IMG/VR virus record: IMGVR_UViG_3300050821_011467
Coordinates: 1-64,000 of that record
Reading direction: 5' to 3' (one strand)
Length of the DNA stretch: 64,000 nucleotides
From: a virus
Shown in pieces: positions 55,366-63,886 of the stretch. The notes under the pieces were generated by a model that had not been told where the DNA came from, did not search any database, and saw nothing but the letters and a program-made list of their open reading frames with translations. The stretch's first letter is position 1; every line of letters begins with the position of its first letter. The translations under genes and the position numbers were made by a program.

Positions 55366-55994
55366 GCGACCCAAAGCCGCCGCCCGATCGCGGCAGCCTG
55401 ATCGGCGGCACCATCGCCCAGGCACTTGGCTATATGGACAAGCCCTGGAAGGCGCTGGTGCTGATCGTGCTGGTGATCCTCGGCGGGCTTGGCTGGGTCG
55501 CCTATAGCCACCAGGACGAGCTGATCGAGGCGTGGCTTACACCGTCGTCGGTCGAACTAAAGATGGCCGACATTCCCGAGGCGCTGACCAAGCTGGGCGA
55601 GGAGACCAGCGCCGACCTGGTACAGATCTGGGAAGTCGATCTGAGCACCAACAGCCAGCGCTTTATTGCGGCGCGCCGGCATGACGGCGAACGCCCGGTG
55701 ATCCCCTCACCGCGGCGGCTGCCGATCATCGTCACCGTGTCGGACGTGCGGGCGCTGGAGCATATTCTGGACGGCCGCCCGGTGTGCGTGCAGATCACGG
55801 AATTTGGTTCGCCGTTGGCAAGACGACTTGCCGAGCGCGGCATGACGCGCGGGTGCGCCATTCCGATCCCGCCGGGGGGCCAGAAATTTCTCGGCGTGAT
55901 ATATCTCGCATGGACAAAAGCGGTCGATGAAACTGCCGAGAACGTCGCGGTTGGGGCGGCGCGCGAGATTGCCGCACAGCTGGTTAGCCGCTAG
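55362..55994 (+). CDS. Single-TM + GAF-like protein; T4 gpT-like holin candidate
   Basis: One N-terminal TM, then a soluble domain with two Cys and CAIPIPP....LGVIYL, the architecture of T4-type holins. Confidence 0.5.
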   Translation: MSDPKPPPDRGSLIGGTIAQALGYMDKPWKALVLIVLVILGGLGWVAYSHQDELIEAWLTPSSVELKMADIPEALTKLGEETSADLVQIWEVDLSTNSQRFIAARRHDGERPVIPSPRRLPIIVTVSDVRALEHILDGRPVCVQITEFGSPLARRLAERGMTRGCAIPIPPGGQKFLGVIYLAWTKAVDETAENVAVGAAREIAAQLVSR

Positions 55995-56024
55995 GTTCCT
56001 GGTCGGTTCTCACATTTTGGGAAA

Positions 56025-56040
56025 TGTTTCACGTGAAACA
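56025..56040. promoter_or_regulatory. parS: parS site 1
   Basis: Perfect TGTTTCACGTGAAACA. Confidence 0.9.
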
Positions 56041-56066
56041 ATCGCGTCAACTGAGCGGGGTGCCCG

Positions 56067-56342
56067 ATGGCCAAGATCATCCAATCCCCGCGAAACCCTG
56101 ACCCGCCGCCCAAGATCCAGGAGCCCGACGGCGAGCCCACAAACGATGATTGGCGGGATCACGATTATCCCGATCCCGACTATGTCGATGACCTCGAGGT
56201 CGAGGTTGCCGAGCTGATCACTCAGCTAAAAACCGAGATCGGTTTGCGCTACTGCTCGTTTCCGCTGCGGTTGCAAATCGAGAAGATCGAGGTCTTGATC
56301 CTGGATCGATCGCGGGACCGTGCCGACCGATGTTTCACGTGA
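56067..56342 (+). CDS. Acidic hypothetical protein between two parS sites
   Basis: ORF whose stop codon lies inside parS site 2. Confidence 0.5.
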   Translation: MAKIIQSPRNPDPPPKIQEPDGEPTNDDWRDHDYPDPDYVDDLEVEVAELITQLKTEIGLRYCSFPLRLQIEKIEVLILDRSRDRADRCFT

Positions 56343-56346
56343 AACA
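56331..56346. promoter_or_regulatory. parS: parS site 2
   Basis: Perfect TGTTTCACGTGAAACA. Confidence 0.9.
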
Positions 56347-56355
56347 TTTCGCCTG

Positions 56356-56856
56356 ATGGACCCCGAGGACATCGAGAAGGCCATCCGGCGGCTGGCGTCG
56401 CGCCAGCTGCTGATCGGCATACCGGCGGACCACGATGCGCGGCCCGGCGACCCGATTGGCAATGCTTCGCTTGGCTATATCCACGAGACCGGTTCCCCCG
56501 CGCGCAACATTCCGGCGCGCCCGCACCTCGTTCCGGGCGTCGAGCAGGCGCTGCCGGCGATCACCAAGCGGCTCGAAGAGGCGGCCCGTGCGGCACTCGA
56601 GGGCAACATCGCCGGTGTCGACCAGGGCTTTGGGCGCGCTGGGGTCGAAGCCGTCAACTCGGTGCGCGCGGTCATCCAGGCGGGTATCCCGCCGCCACTG
56701 GCGCCCGCGACCGTGGCGGCACGCCGTCGGCGCACGCCGGGCTCGAGCTATCGCCGGCAGGCAACGACCGCGGCCGACGTGACACCGCTCATAGATTCCG
56801 GGGACTACATTAAGAATCTGACGTATGTTGTCAGAGATCGCAGCCGACAGGGCTGA
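56356..56856 (+). CDS. Neck / virion morphogenesis protein
   Basis: LIGIP....R.....NA.LGYIHE.GSP..NIPARP.L.PG...PLIDSG. Confidence 0.8.
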   Translation: MDPEDIEKAIRRLASRQLLIGIPADHDARPGDPIGNASLGYIHETGSPARNIPARPHLVPGVEQALPAITKRLEEAARAALEGNIAGVDQGFGRAGVEAVNSVRAVIQAGIPPPLAPATVAARRRRTPGSSYRRQATTAADVTPLIDSGDYIKNLTYVVRDRSRQG

Positions 56857-56936
56857 CGATCTCCCTAGTACTCCCTAGACTTGGGCATCCCGGCTTGCCC
56901 CCCCCCGGAGGCCCGTCCCTTTTGCGGGAGCCTGCG

Positions 56937-57380
56937 ATGACCGTAGCGCTGTCCGCTTTCACCGATCTGACCATCGTTTCGATCGAATATGCAGCCAACG
57001 GCCTCGATTGGGCGCGGCTCTACGACAACCACGCCATCGGCTGGCTGGTCGACGAAACCACCCCGATCGTGGCACCCGGAGAATTGAAGCCGGTGACAAC
57101 CGGAACGCACGAGCCGTTTCCGATCATCCTCGGCTCGCTGCCAGTCCCGGCGCCGGTCACTGCGCCAATCCAATCGCCGCAATGGTGCAAATTTATCAAT
57201 CCCGCGCTGCTTATCGCCGATGGGGCGCGGTTTAGAAACCTCTGGGACTTCTTGACCTGGCTGGCGACCAACAACGGCGCGCACCGTCTTCTGGAGTCGC
57301 AGTTTATCGTTGAGCCCGTCCTGATCGACGAATTTGCCAGCTGGGCGAGCACGCACACCGACCTGGTCTATCGACCATAA
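56937..57380 (+). CDS. Hypothetical protein, paralog A
   Basis: Shares WARLYDN, SPQW and TWLATNNGAHR with the next gene. Confidence 0.7.
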   Translation: MTVALSAFTDLTIVSIEYAANGLDWARLYDNHAIGWLVDETTPIVAPGELKPVTTGTHEPFPIILGSLPVPAPVTAPIQSPQWCKFINPALLIADGARFRNLWDFLTWLATNNGAHRLLESQFIVEPVLIDEFASWASTHTDLVYRP

Positions 57381-57391
57381 AGGGAAAGCAA

Positions 57392-57799
57392 ATGGCCGTT
57401 ATTCCTACGACCGGGATCATTATTGCGATCGAGTATCCGGGCGACGACGCCAAGCGCTGGGCGCGGTTGTATGACAACCGGGTGCGCGCCTTGATCGTCG
57501 ACGAGACGGGAGCAACCCCAATGAAACCGCAGATCATGGGAGGCTTTCCGCTGGCTGCGACCGACACCGCGCCGATTCTGTCGCCGCAATGGGCGGGGTT
57601 TGACGCGCCCGCGGTCGTCGTCGAGAATTTGTGGCGCGGCACCGTCTCCGACTTTTTTACCTGGCTGGCGACCAACAATGGCGCGCACCGCCCATTGCAG
57701 GCGCGCTTTGTCATCGAGGCGGAACTGGTCAACAGCTTTGCCATCTGGGCAAACCTGCACCCCGAGCTGGTGTTTGACGGCGAGCCGCCGGCGCCCTGA
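57392..57799 (+). CDS. Hypothetical protein, paralog B
   Basis: Tandem paralog of 56937-57380. Confidence 0.7.
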   Translation: MAVIPTTGIIIAIEYPGDDAKRWARLYDNRVRALIVDETGATPMKPQIMGGFPLAATDTAPILSPQWAGFDAPAVVVENLWRGTVSDFFTWLATNNGAHRPLQARFVIEAELVNSFAIWANLHPELVFDGEPPAP

Positions 57800-57990
57800 T
57801 GCGTTGCCCGCGCTGCGCCAACAGCTCGACCCCCGGCTGGATCGTGATGACGGTTCAGCGAGCAAGCGGCATCTATCGGATCTACGAGCCATGCTCGGAG
57901 TGCATCGGGGGTGTTGCAAGCTGTTGCGATACGGCGGGCTCGGCGCAACCCGAGCCGAGTGTTTCACGTGAAACACCGCCGCGGAAGTGA
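57799..57990 (+). CDS. Small Zn-finger protein containing parS site 3
   Basis: CPRC...PCSECIGG..SCCD. Confidence 0.6.
   Translation: MRCPRCANSSTPGWIVMTVQRASGIYRIYEPCSECIGGVASCCDTAGSAQPEPSVSRETPPRK
57960..57975. promoter_or_regulatory. parS: parS site 3
   Basis: Perfect TGTTTCACGTGAAACA. Confidence 0.9.
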
Positions 57991-57996
57991 GGCCAA

Positions 57997-58380
57997 ATGC
58001 CTACCCTCGACGTAAGCGACGTCGTCGTCTGCGAAGAATTCGCGGACAGATTCGATGTCATCAGAAGGCCCGAGGGGATCAGCCAGAGCGGGCGCTCGAC
58101 GGTCAGTCAGGTCACCGTACCCGGTCTCTACGGCACGATCTACGCGACTGGCGACAATTCGTTGACCCGGGTTGCCGACTTTGAGCACGGGCGCAAAACG
58201 CTGACGATTTGCACCAAGTATCGGCTGCAGCAGGCGGCACCCGGCTATCAGCCGGATCTCGTGCTCTACCGCGGCAATCAATTCGTCGTTACCAACGTCA
58301 AAGATTGGTCGCCCTACGGCGCCGGCTTTATCGAGGCCGAGTGCTCCTCGATTCTGGCGATCGAAGCGCCGCCGCAATAA
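57997..58380 (+). CDS. Head-tail adaptor / head closure protein
   Basis: MP.LDVSDV....F.D.F.VIRR...D.V.YRG..F.V..V.D.S.YGAGF..A.C. Confidence 0.8.
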   Translation: MPTLDVSDVVVCEEFADRFDVIRRPEGISQSGRSTVSQVTVPGLYGTIYATGDNSLTRVADFEHGRKTLTICTKYRLQQAAPGYQPDLVLYRGNQFVVTNVKDWSPYGAGFIEAECSSILAIEAPPQ

Positions 58381-58540
58381 ACGCCACCCGCCAATCCGTC
58401 ACAGCTCACGAGTATGCCGGCCCGGGCGGACCCCCTCCCGGTTCCGGCAGAGGGTAGGGCCGTACTCGCAGGCCCCTGCGAGTACTGGGTTGGGTGTGAA
58501 CTGCGCGAGGGGCCTCGTGCTTCACCAGAAAGGAAATTGC

Positions 58541-59227
58541 ATGCCTACTTTTGACGCCACGTTTGTCGGCAAGCTCATTCTGCCAGAGGTCAGCACCGGA
58601 CCAGTGCCGCCTGGGCCAGGTAAGCCGCCGGGCATCTGGGGGCCGACTGATCCGCGGCCGACGCCGCCGATCTATATCCCGGTGGTGCCGCCCGGTCTGA
58701 GGCCCGAGCATCCGATTTACATTCCGGTCTACCCGGCGCACCCGATCGTACTGCCGCCGGACAATGTCGGCGAGCCGCCGGTGGTTTGGCCGCCCTTGCC
58801 GCCGCCGGGCATCTGGGGGCCGACTGATCCGCGGCCGACGCCGCCGATCTATATCCCGCCGAGCACGCCAGGCACGCCACCTCCGGGCATTTGGGGCGGA
58901 GCCAATGAGCCGTTCCCGACACCCCCGATCTATATTCCAATAGTGCCGCCAGACGGGCCGCCGCCGGAAGCAGGGGCGCCGCCGCAGGTGACGCACCCGA
59001 TATATCTGCCGGTCTATCCGACGCATCCGATCGTTCTACCGGGGCATCCGGAGCACCCGATCGTGATTCCGCCCGAGCTCCCGCCGGCCTTTATCAGCCC
59101 GCCGACCAGCTCCCGTGGCTATTGGGGGTACAGCCCCTATTACGGATCGCCGGTGTTTGTTCCGTACGCAGGCACGGCGCCGTCAGCACCCGGAGTGACG
59201 CCCTCAGCGGCACCATCACGTCGCTAG
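58541..59227 (+). CDS. Proline-rich repeat protein
   Basis: GIWG...P.PTPPIYIP three times and P.HPIxxP about six times; identical 58-bp DNA repeat at 58624-58681 and 58801-58858. Confidence 0.75.
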   Translation: MPTFDATFVGKLILPEVSTGPVPPGPGKPPGIWGPTDPRPTPPIYIPVVPPGLRPEHPIYIPVYPAHPIVLPPDNVGEPPVVWPPLPPPGIWGPTDPRPTPPIYIPPSTPGTPPPGIWGGANEPFPTPPIYIPIVPPDGPPPEAGAPPQVTHPIYLPVYPTHPIVLPGHPEHPIVIPPELPPAFISPPTSSRGYWGYSPYYGSPVFVPYAGTAPSAPGVTPSAAPSRR

Positions 59228-59296
59228 CAGACTGCGGCAATTGCGGAAGGGCCTCGGGCTCGCCCGGGGTCCGATCCGCTGGGTCAGGAGACGCCG

Positions 59297-59959
59297 ATGA
59301 TTCCCAATCAGGCGCCTGATTCAAGCGTAGCGGGCTATCTCCAACCAGGCCGCACCGACGATTTCGCGCTCGACCAGCCGCCGGGGCTGGATCAGGGCGT
59401 CTTCGAGCTGCCCAATCTGGAGGGGCCGCTCCTCGACGATTATCTGCAGCAATTTGTAGCGGGTATCTCTGGGCTCGACGGGACCCTGGTTCGGCCCCGC
59501 TGGCAGCCGGAACCGCCGAATATCCCCGACTTTGGGACGACATGGGCGTCGTTGGGAATTATGCGTCGACGCTCGCTCGGCTTTGTCGGCGCCACACTGC
59601 ACGACCCGGCCGGCAATGGTCACAGCATCATGCTGCGGCATGAGCAACTCGAAATCCTGATTTCGTTCTACGGCCCGCAGTGCGACGAGGCTGCGGGCAA
59701 TCTGCACGACGGGCTGATGCTCGAGCAAAACCGCATCGTCTTGCGGTCGATGAACATGGGGCTGGTCGAGATCACCGACGGCATCAGCAACCCCGAGCTG
59801 ATCAAGGAGCGCTGGCTGGACCGCGTCGACAAGACGCTGTTTATCAACCGCTGCATCGCTCGCGAATATCCGGTGCTCAATCAGTTGACGGCGAGCGGCA
59901 CCGTCATCCCCGACCCGGGCGGCGGCTACCAGGCGCCGTTCACCGTCAACCCGCCTTAA
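59297..59959 (+). CDS. Tail terminator / neck protein
   Basis: GISGL.G.LVRPRWQP.PP..P...W...RHE.LE.L.SFYGP...R.D. Confidence 0.85.
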   Translation: MIPNQAPDSSVAGYLQPGRTDDFALDQPPGLDQGVFELPNLEGPLLDDYLQQFVAGISGLDGTLVRPRWQPEPPNIPDFGTTWASLGIMRRRSLGFVGATLHDPAGNGHSIMLRHEQLEILISFYGPQCDEAAGNLHDGLMLEQNRIVLRSMNMGLVEITDGISNPELIKERWLDRVDKTLFINRCIAREYPVLNQLTASGTVIPDPGGGYQAPFTVNPP

Positions 59960-60146
59960 TCCACACCGCCAACGCCTGCAGATCGTCGGCGCTGAAGTCG
60001 CCGTCAAGACAGATCGTCGTGGTGCCGGGAACCCACAGAAGATAGGGCACTCCTAAGGAAACCCCGCCGTCAACGGCGATCTCGATCCCGCGTGCAATCA
60101 GATGGGCGCGGGCCGCCGCTCGCGCGCTTTCATCAATATCAGTCAT
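59946..60146 (-). CDS. Small hypothetical protein, antisense insertion
   Basis: LDGDFSADDLQALAVW; fills the gap before the sheath gene. Confidence 0.5.
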   Translation of the reverse strand: MTDIDESARAAARAHLIARGIEIAVDGGVSLGVPYLLWVPGTTTICLDGDFSADDLQALAVWIKAG

Positions 60147-60159
60147 GGAGACTTTATAC

Positions 60160-61677
60160 ATGCTGAGCACCGGCTTGTCGGTCAGCCGACTCGTGTCCGT
60201 TTCCGTCTCGTTGACAACACCGGCGATCACCGCGCCGGCGATCAACGCGCTGCTGATCTTGGGCAGCAGCAATGTGATCGGCTCGGCCGAGCGCATGCGA
60301 GCCTATGGCTCCATCTCGGATGTCGGGGCCGACTTTCTGACGAGCTCGCCCGAGTTCCAATCGGCGGATATGTGGTTTAGTCAGGCGCCGTCGCCCGAGG
60401 TCGTCTACATCGGGCGCTGGTTTAAGACACCCGCGGCAGGCCAACTGGTCGGCCGTCCGCTGACCGGCACCGAGCAGACGATCGCCACCTGGAACGCGAT
60501 CGTCGCCGGCGGATTCTCGGTGACGATCGACGCGTTGCCGATCATCCATGTCACCGGGCTGACCTTTGCCGCGGCGGGCAATCTGAACGCGGTGGCCGCG
60601 GCGATCCAGGCTAATGCCAGCATCACCGGTAAAGCGACGGTGGTTTGGGACAGCGCAAACGCGCGCTTTGTAATGACCAGCGTCACCACCGGCATCGCCT
60701 CGGCGGTGTCGTTTCTAACCGCACCGACCGCCGGCACCGACATTTCCGCGATGCTCGGCATGACGGCGGCCGACGCTGCGAGCGGCGCTTTCTCGGGCCC
60801 CGGGGTGGCGACCGAGAGCGCGCTGACGGCGCTGACCGTCATCGATGGGTTGTTCTCGACGCAGTTCTACGGCGTGGTGTGCCCGGAGGGGGTGGCGGCT
60901 GATCACCTGGCTCTCGCCAATTATTGCGAGGCCGCCGATCCGCCGCACTACTACGGGGTGACGACCGGCGATCCGCTGACGCTGACGGCCGAGCCACCGA
61001 GCACGCCGGGCACGCCGGGCAGCCTCGCCAACCAGCTCGCCGCACTCGGCTACAACCACACCGCGGTGCAGTTCTCGACCAGCAACCCCTATGCGATCTC
61101 GAGCTATCTGGCGCGCATCCTGACCACCGCTTGGACGGGGTCCAATACGACGATCGACCTGATGTACAAGCGCGAGCCGGGGGTCGCACCCGAGCAGCTC
61201 AACGCCACCCAGGCCAATAGACTGGCCGACAAGAGCTGCAACGTCTATGCCGCCTATGCCAATGGTGCGACGATGATCCAGCACGGTGTGTCGTGCTCCG
61301 GGGTCTACACCGACACGATCGTCGGCGCCGACGCTATGGCCGGCGATGTCCAGGCCGCGATCTTTAATACAATGTACACCTCGGCGACCAAGGTGCCCCA
61401 GACGGATGCCGGCATGAGCCTCTTGTTCACTGCCGCGACGTCAATCTGCAACCAATACGCCCGCAACGGCTACATCGGCGACGGGATATGGACCTCGCAG
61501 GGATTTGGCACGCTGAACGCGGGCGATCATCTGCCCGGCTTCTATGTCTTTGCGCCGTCGATCCTGACGCAATCGACCGCTGACCGGGCGGCCCGTAAAG
61601 CGCCCCTGATTCAGATCGCGGCGAAAACTGCGGGAGCGATCGAGTCGGCTGACATCTCCATCTTCGTCAACCAGTAA
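60160..61677 (+). CDS. Tail sheath protein (DUF3383)
   Basis: GL.VSRLV.V.V...ER.R.Y.S...V..DF...SPE...A..WF.Q.PSP...IGRW...KVPQTDAG...AGAI. Confidence 0.9.
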   Translation: MLSTGLSVSRLVSVSVSLTTPAITAPAINALLILGSSNVIGSAERMRAYGSISDVGADFLTSSPEFQSADMWFSQAPSPEVVYIGRWFKTPAAGQLVGRPLTGTEQTIATWNAIVAGGFSVTIDALPIIHVTGLTFAAAGNLNAVAAAIQANASITGKATVVWDSANARFVMTSVTTGIASAVSFLTAPTAGTDISAMLGMTAADAASGAFSGPGVATESALTALTVIDGLFSTQFYGVVCPEGVAADHLALANYCEAADPPHYYGVTTGDPLTLTAEPPSTPGTPGSLANQLAALGYNHTAVQFSTSNPYAISSYLARILTTAWTGSNTTIDLMYKREPGVAPEQLNATQANRLADKSCNVYAAYANGATMIQHGVSCSGVYTDTIVGADAMAGDVQAAIFNTMYTSATKVPQTDAGMSLLFTAATSICNQYARNGYIGDGIWTSQGFGTLNAGDHLPGFYVFAPSILTQSTADRAARKAPLIQIAAKTAGAIESADISIFVNQ

Positions 61678-61692
61678 TCAGGAGACCGGGCA

Positions 61693-62202
61693 ATGGCGAC
61701 GCCGCTATACGGCAACTATTCATTCGTCGATGTCGTGGCCACAATTTTCGGCCCCGGCGGCGCCTTTACGATCGCCGGACCCGACACCGCGACGGCCGAG
61801 GAAGGGATCACGATCACCTGGGGTGAAGAAATGAACACGCAGACCATTGGAGCCGATGGGGCGGTGATGAACTCACTGCACGCCTCGATGGCCGGCACGA
61901 TGAATATTCGGCTGCAAAAGATCTCGCCGGTAAATCAGAAGCTGACCCAAATGATCCGCTTTCAGCGCTCGTCATCGGCGGTATGGGGGCAGAACACGAT
62001 CACGGTCCGCGATCTGGCGCGTGGCGATATCTACAATCTGGTCGGCTGCGCCTGGAAGCGGTTCCCAGTAAACGCCTACGCCAAGATCGGCAACGTCTTG
62101 GATTACGAACTCGATATTGCCCAGATCGACCCAAATTTGGGCGCGCCACTACAGCAATTCGGGCTGACGGCCGGCGGTCTGGTTACCGGATTTGGAGGAT
62201 AG
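61693..62202 (+). CDS. Tail tube protein (DUF3277-like)
   Basis: YSF.DV.A.I.GPGG...AEEGITI......N...IGADG..M.SL.A...G. Confidence 0.9.
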   Translation: MATPLYGNYSFVDVVATIFGPGGAFTIAGPDTATAEEGITITWGEEMNTQTIGADGAVMNSLHASMAGTMNIRLQKISPVNQKLTQMIRFQRSSSAVWGQNTITVRDLARGDIYNLVGCAWKRFPVNAYAKIGNVLDYELDIAQIDPNLGAPLQQFGLTAGGLVTGFGG

Positions 62203-62206
62203 CCAC

Positions 62207-62881
62207 ATGCTCACCGAGGCTCGATACCAGACCGAGGCGCAGGCGGCCGAGACGCGGCGCGCATCAGCCAAAAGCGACGACGAGGCGCGGGTGTTTGGCG
62301 AGATCGCCGGCGCCTACGCGACGGCGGGGCGGCACGTCCGGTTTCATGGCGAATGGTCGCGGCGGGCGGCCAGCGAGCGCCAGGCGGCACGGCTCGGGCC
62401 GCTGCGCGTCGGCGGCGGCTACGGTCCGATCAACCCGGCGCAGCAAGCGGCAGGCTTGGCGCAGGCCGAGCAGAGCGCGCAGATTGCGGCCAACCACAAG
62501 GGGATGGCTGAGGCCTATCAAGAGGCGGCCGAGGGGCTGCTGCCGACATTGCCGGCGCCGCCGGGCCCTGATCAGGGGCTGCCGCCAGGCGAGCCCGGCA
62601 CGCCCGACCAGAGCCTGCCGCTGGTGTGCAACGACACACCCTATGTCGATGGTGCCGGAACCGTGGGTTCGACGCTGACCTGCACGATGGGCAACTGGAC
62701 CGGGTCGCCCTCGAGCTACGCCTATCAATGGAAGAGCGACGGGACGGCAGACATCGGGACCGGAGCTTCGTACGTCGTCGTCGACGCCGATGTCGGGCAT
62801 AGTCTGACCTGCGTGGTGACCGCGAGCAATTATCTCGGGTCCGCTACTGCGCCGCCGTCGAACGCTGTCTTTGTGACTTAG
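62207..62881 (+). CDS. Protein with C-terminal Ig-like domain
   Basis: P...G...VGSTLTCT.GNW.G.P.SYAYQW......G....Y.V...DVGH.L.C.VTA.N. Confidence 0.7.
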   Translation: MLTEARYQTEAQAAETRRASAKSDDEARVFGEIAGAYATAGRHVRFHGEWSRRAASERQAARLGPLRVGGGYGPINPAQQAAGLAQAEQSAQIAANHKGMAEAYQEAAEGLLPTLPAPPGPDQGLPPGEPGTPDQSLPLVCNDTPYVDGAGTVGSTLTCTMGNWTGSPSSYAYQWKSDGTADIGTGASYVVVDADVGHSLTCVVTASNYLGSATAPPSNAVFVT

Positions 62882-63138
62882 CGCGGCACCTGAATGATGA
62901 TCGGGGCCGGCGGGGTCGAGCCGATCCTGTAGCCGGCCAGCCCAGCGACGAGCCCGACGAGCACGGCGAGCGCGGTCATGCCGGCGATCAGCGTCTTGGA
63001 AAATTCAAGCCGATAAAGTCCGGGGGCCAGCTCGATCTCCTGGCGCTTGCGGTCGGCGTCGGCGCGCAGTTGATCGCTGCGGGCCAGCTCGGCGCGCACC
63101 CACACCTGAAAGTCATCGGGTATAATTGGGTCAGCCAT
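62878..63138 (-). CDS. Small coiled-coil + TM protein, antisense insertion
   Basis: GAGGG RBS; ends TM-PPAPIIIQVPR; same layout as 17246-17488. Confidence 0.6.
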   Translation of the reverse strand: MADPIIPDDFQVWVRAELARSDQLRADADRKRQEIELAPGLYRLEFSKTLIAGMTALAVLVGLVAGLAGYRIGSTPPAPIIIQVPR

Positions 63139-63221
63139 TGTCGATCGTTTCCCTCGACGGTGGTTAGAGGCCCGCACCGTCTGCACGGCGGCTGCGGGCC
63201 TCGTCTTTTGCGGAACATAGC

Positions 63222-63692
63222 ATGAGCGAAATTCAAATAAACGGCGACATATTCCTGTGCGGGCGAATGAATGCCCGTAAGCAATTTCACGTCGCCCGGC
63301 GACTGACGCCGATCATCAACCATCTGGTGCCGTTGATGAACGGCACCCCGATGCTGGTCAATGACGGGACCGGCACAATGGTCCCGTCACTCGGCAATCT
63401 GGGTATCGTGCAGGCAATAGCGGCGATTTCCGACACGATCCGCGAACTTCCCGACGCCGACGCCGACTATGTGATCGACACCTGTCTGGACGCGGTCAAA
63501 TTCCGCTCGGGCAACAGCTGGGCGCCATTGCGCGCACCAGGAAGCCCCCCGGGCGGCGGGCTGATGTTGGGCAGCGCCGACCGGTTTGACACTCAGATGC
63601 GTCTGGTGGGGGAGGTGTTGTGGGAGAACCTCTCGGATTTTTCTTTAGAGACCGTACTGCCATCCCAGACGGAGAATGGTCAAACGGCGTAG
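63222..63692 (+). CDS. Tail assembly chaperone
   Basis: E.QING..F..G.MNA.KQFHVARRL.P...LPD.DADYVI..CL; after the tube gene. Confidence 0.8.
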   Translation: MSEIQINGDIFLCGRMNARKQFHVARRLTPIINHLVPLMNGTPMLVNDGTGTMVPSLGNLGIVQAIAAISDTIRELPDADADYVIDTCLDAVKFRSGNSWAPLRAPGSPPGGGLMLGSADRFDTQMRLVGEVLWENLSDFSLETVLPSQTENGQTA

Positions 63693-63886
63693 AGCTGGTG
63701 CATCTGAACAGCGGCGAAGAATGGCTGTTGCGCCCGGTACTGTCTCAACTCTGCCGCTATGAAAGCCTGGTCGACGGCACCCTTAATCTCGCCGACATCG
63801 ATGTGATGAACGAATTCCTCGACGTGCGCGACGAGAACGAGCGGCGGCTCGCCGAAGCGTATAGACGGAGCCACCCGCATGGCTGA
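63620..63886 (+). CDS. Second chaperone ORF (DUF6889-like); possibly reached by -1 frameshift
   Basis: GEEWLLRPV....C.YESL.DGTL.LADI..MNE.LDV..ENE; in the -1 frame relative to the chaperone. Confidence 0.7.
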   Translation: MGEPLGFFFRDRTAIPDGEWSNGVELVHLNSGEEWLLRPVLSQLCRYESLVDGTLNLADIDVMNEFLDVRDENERRLAEAYRRSHPHG

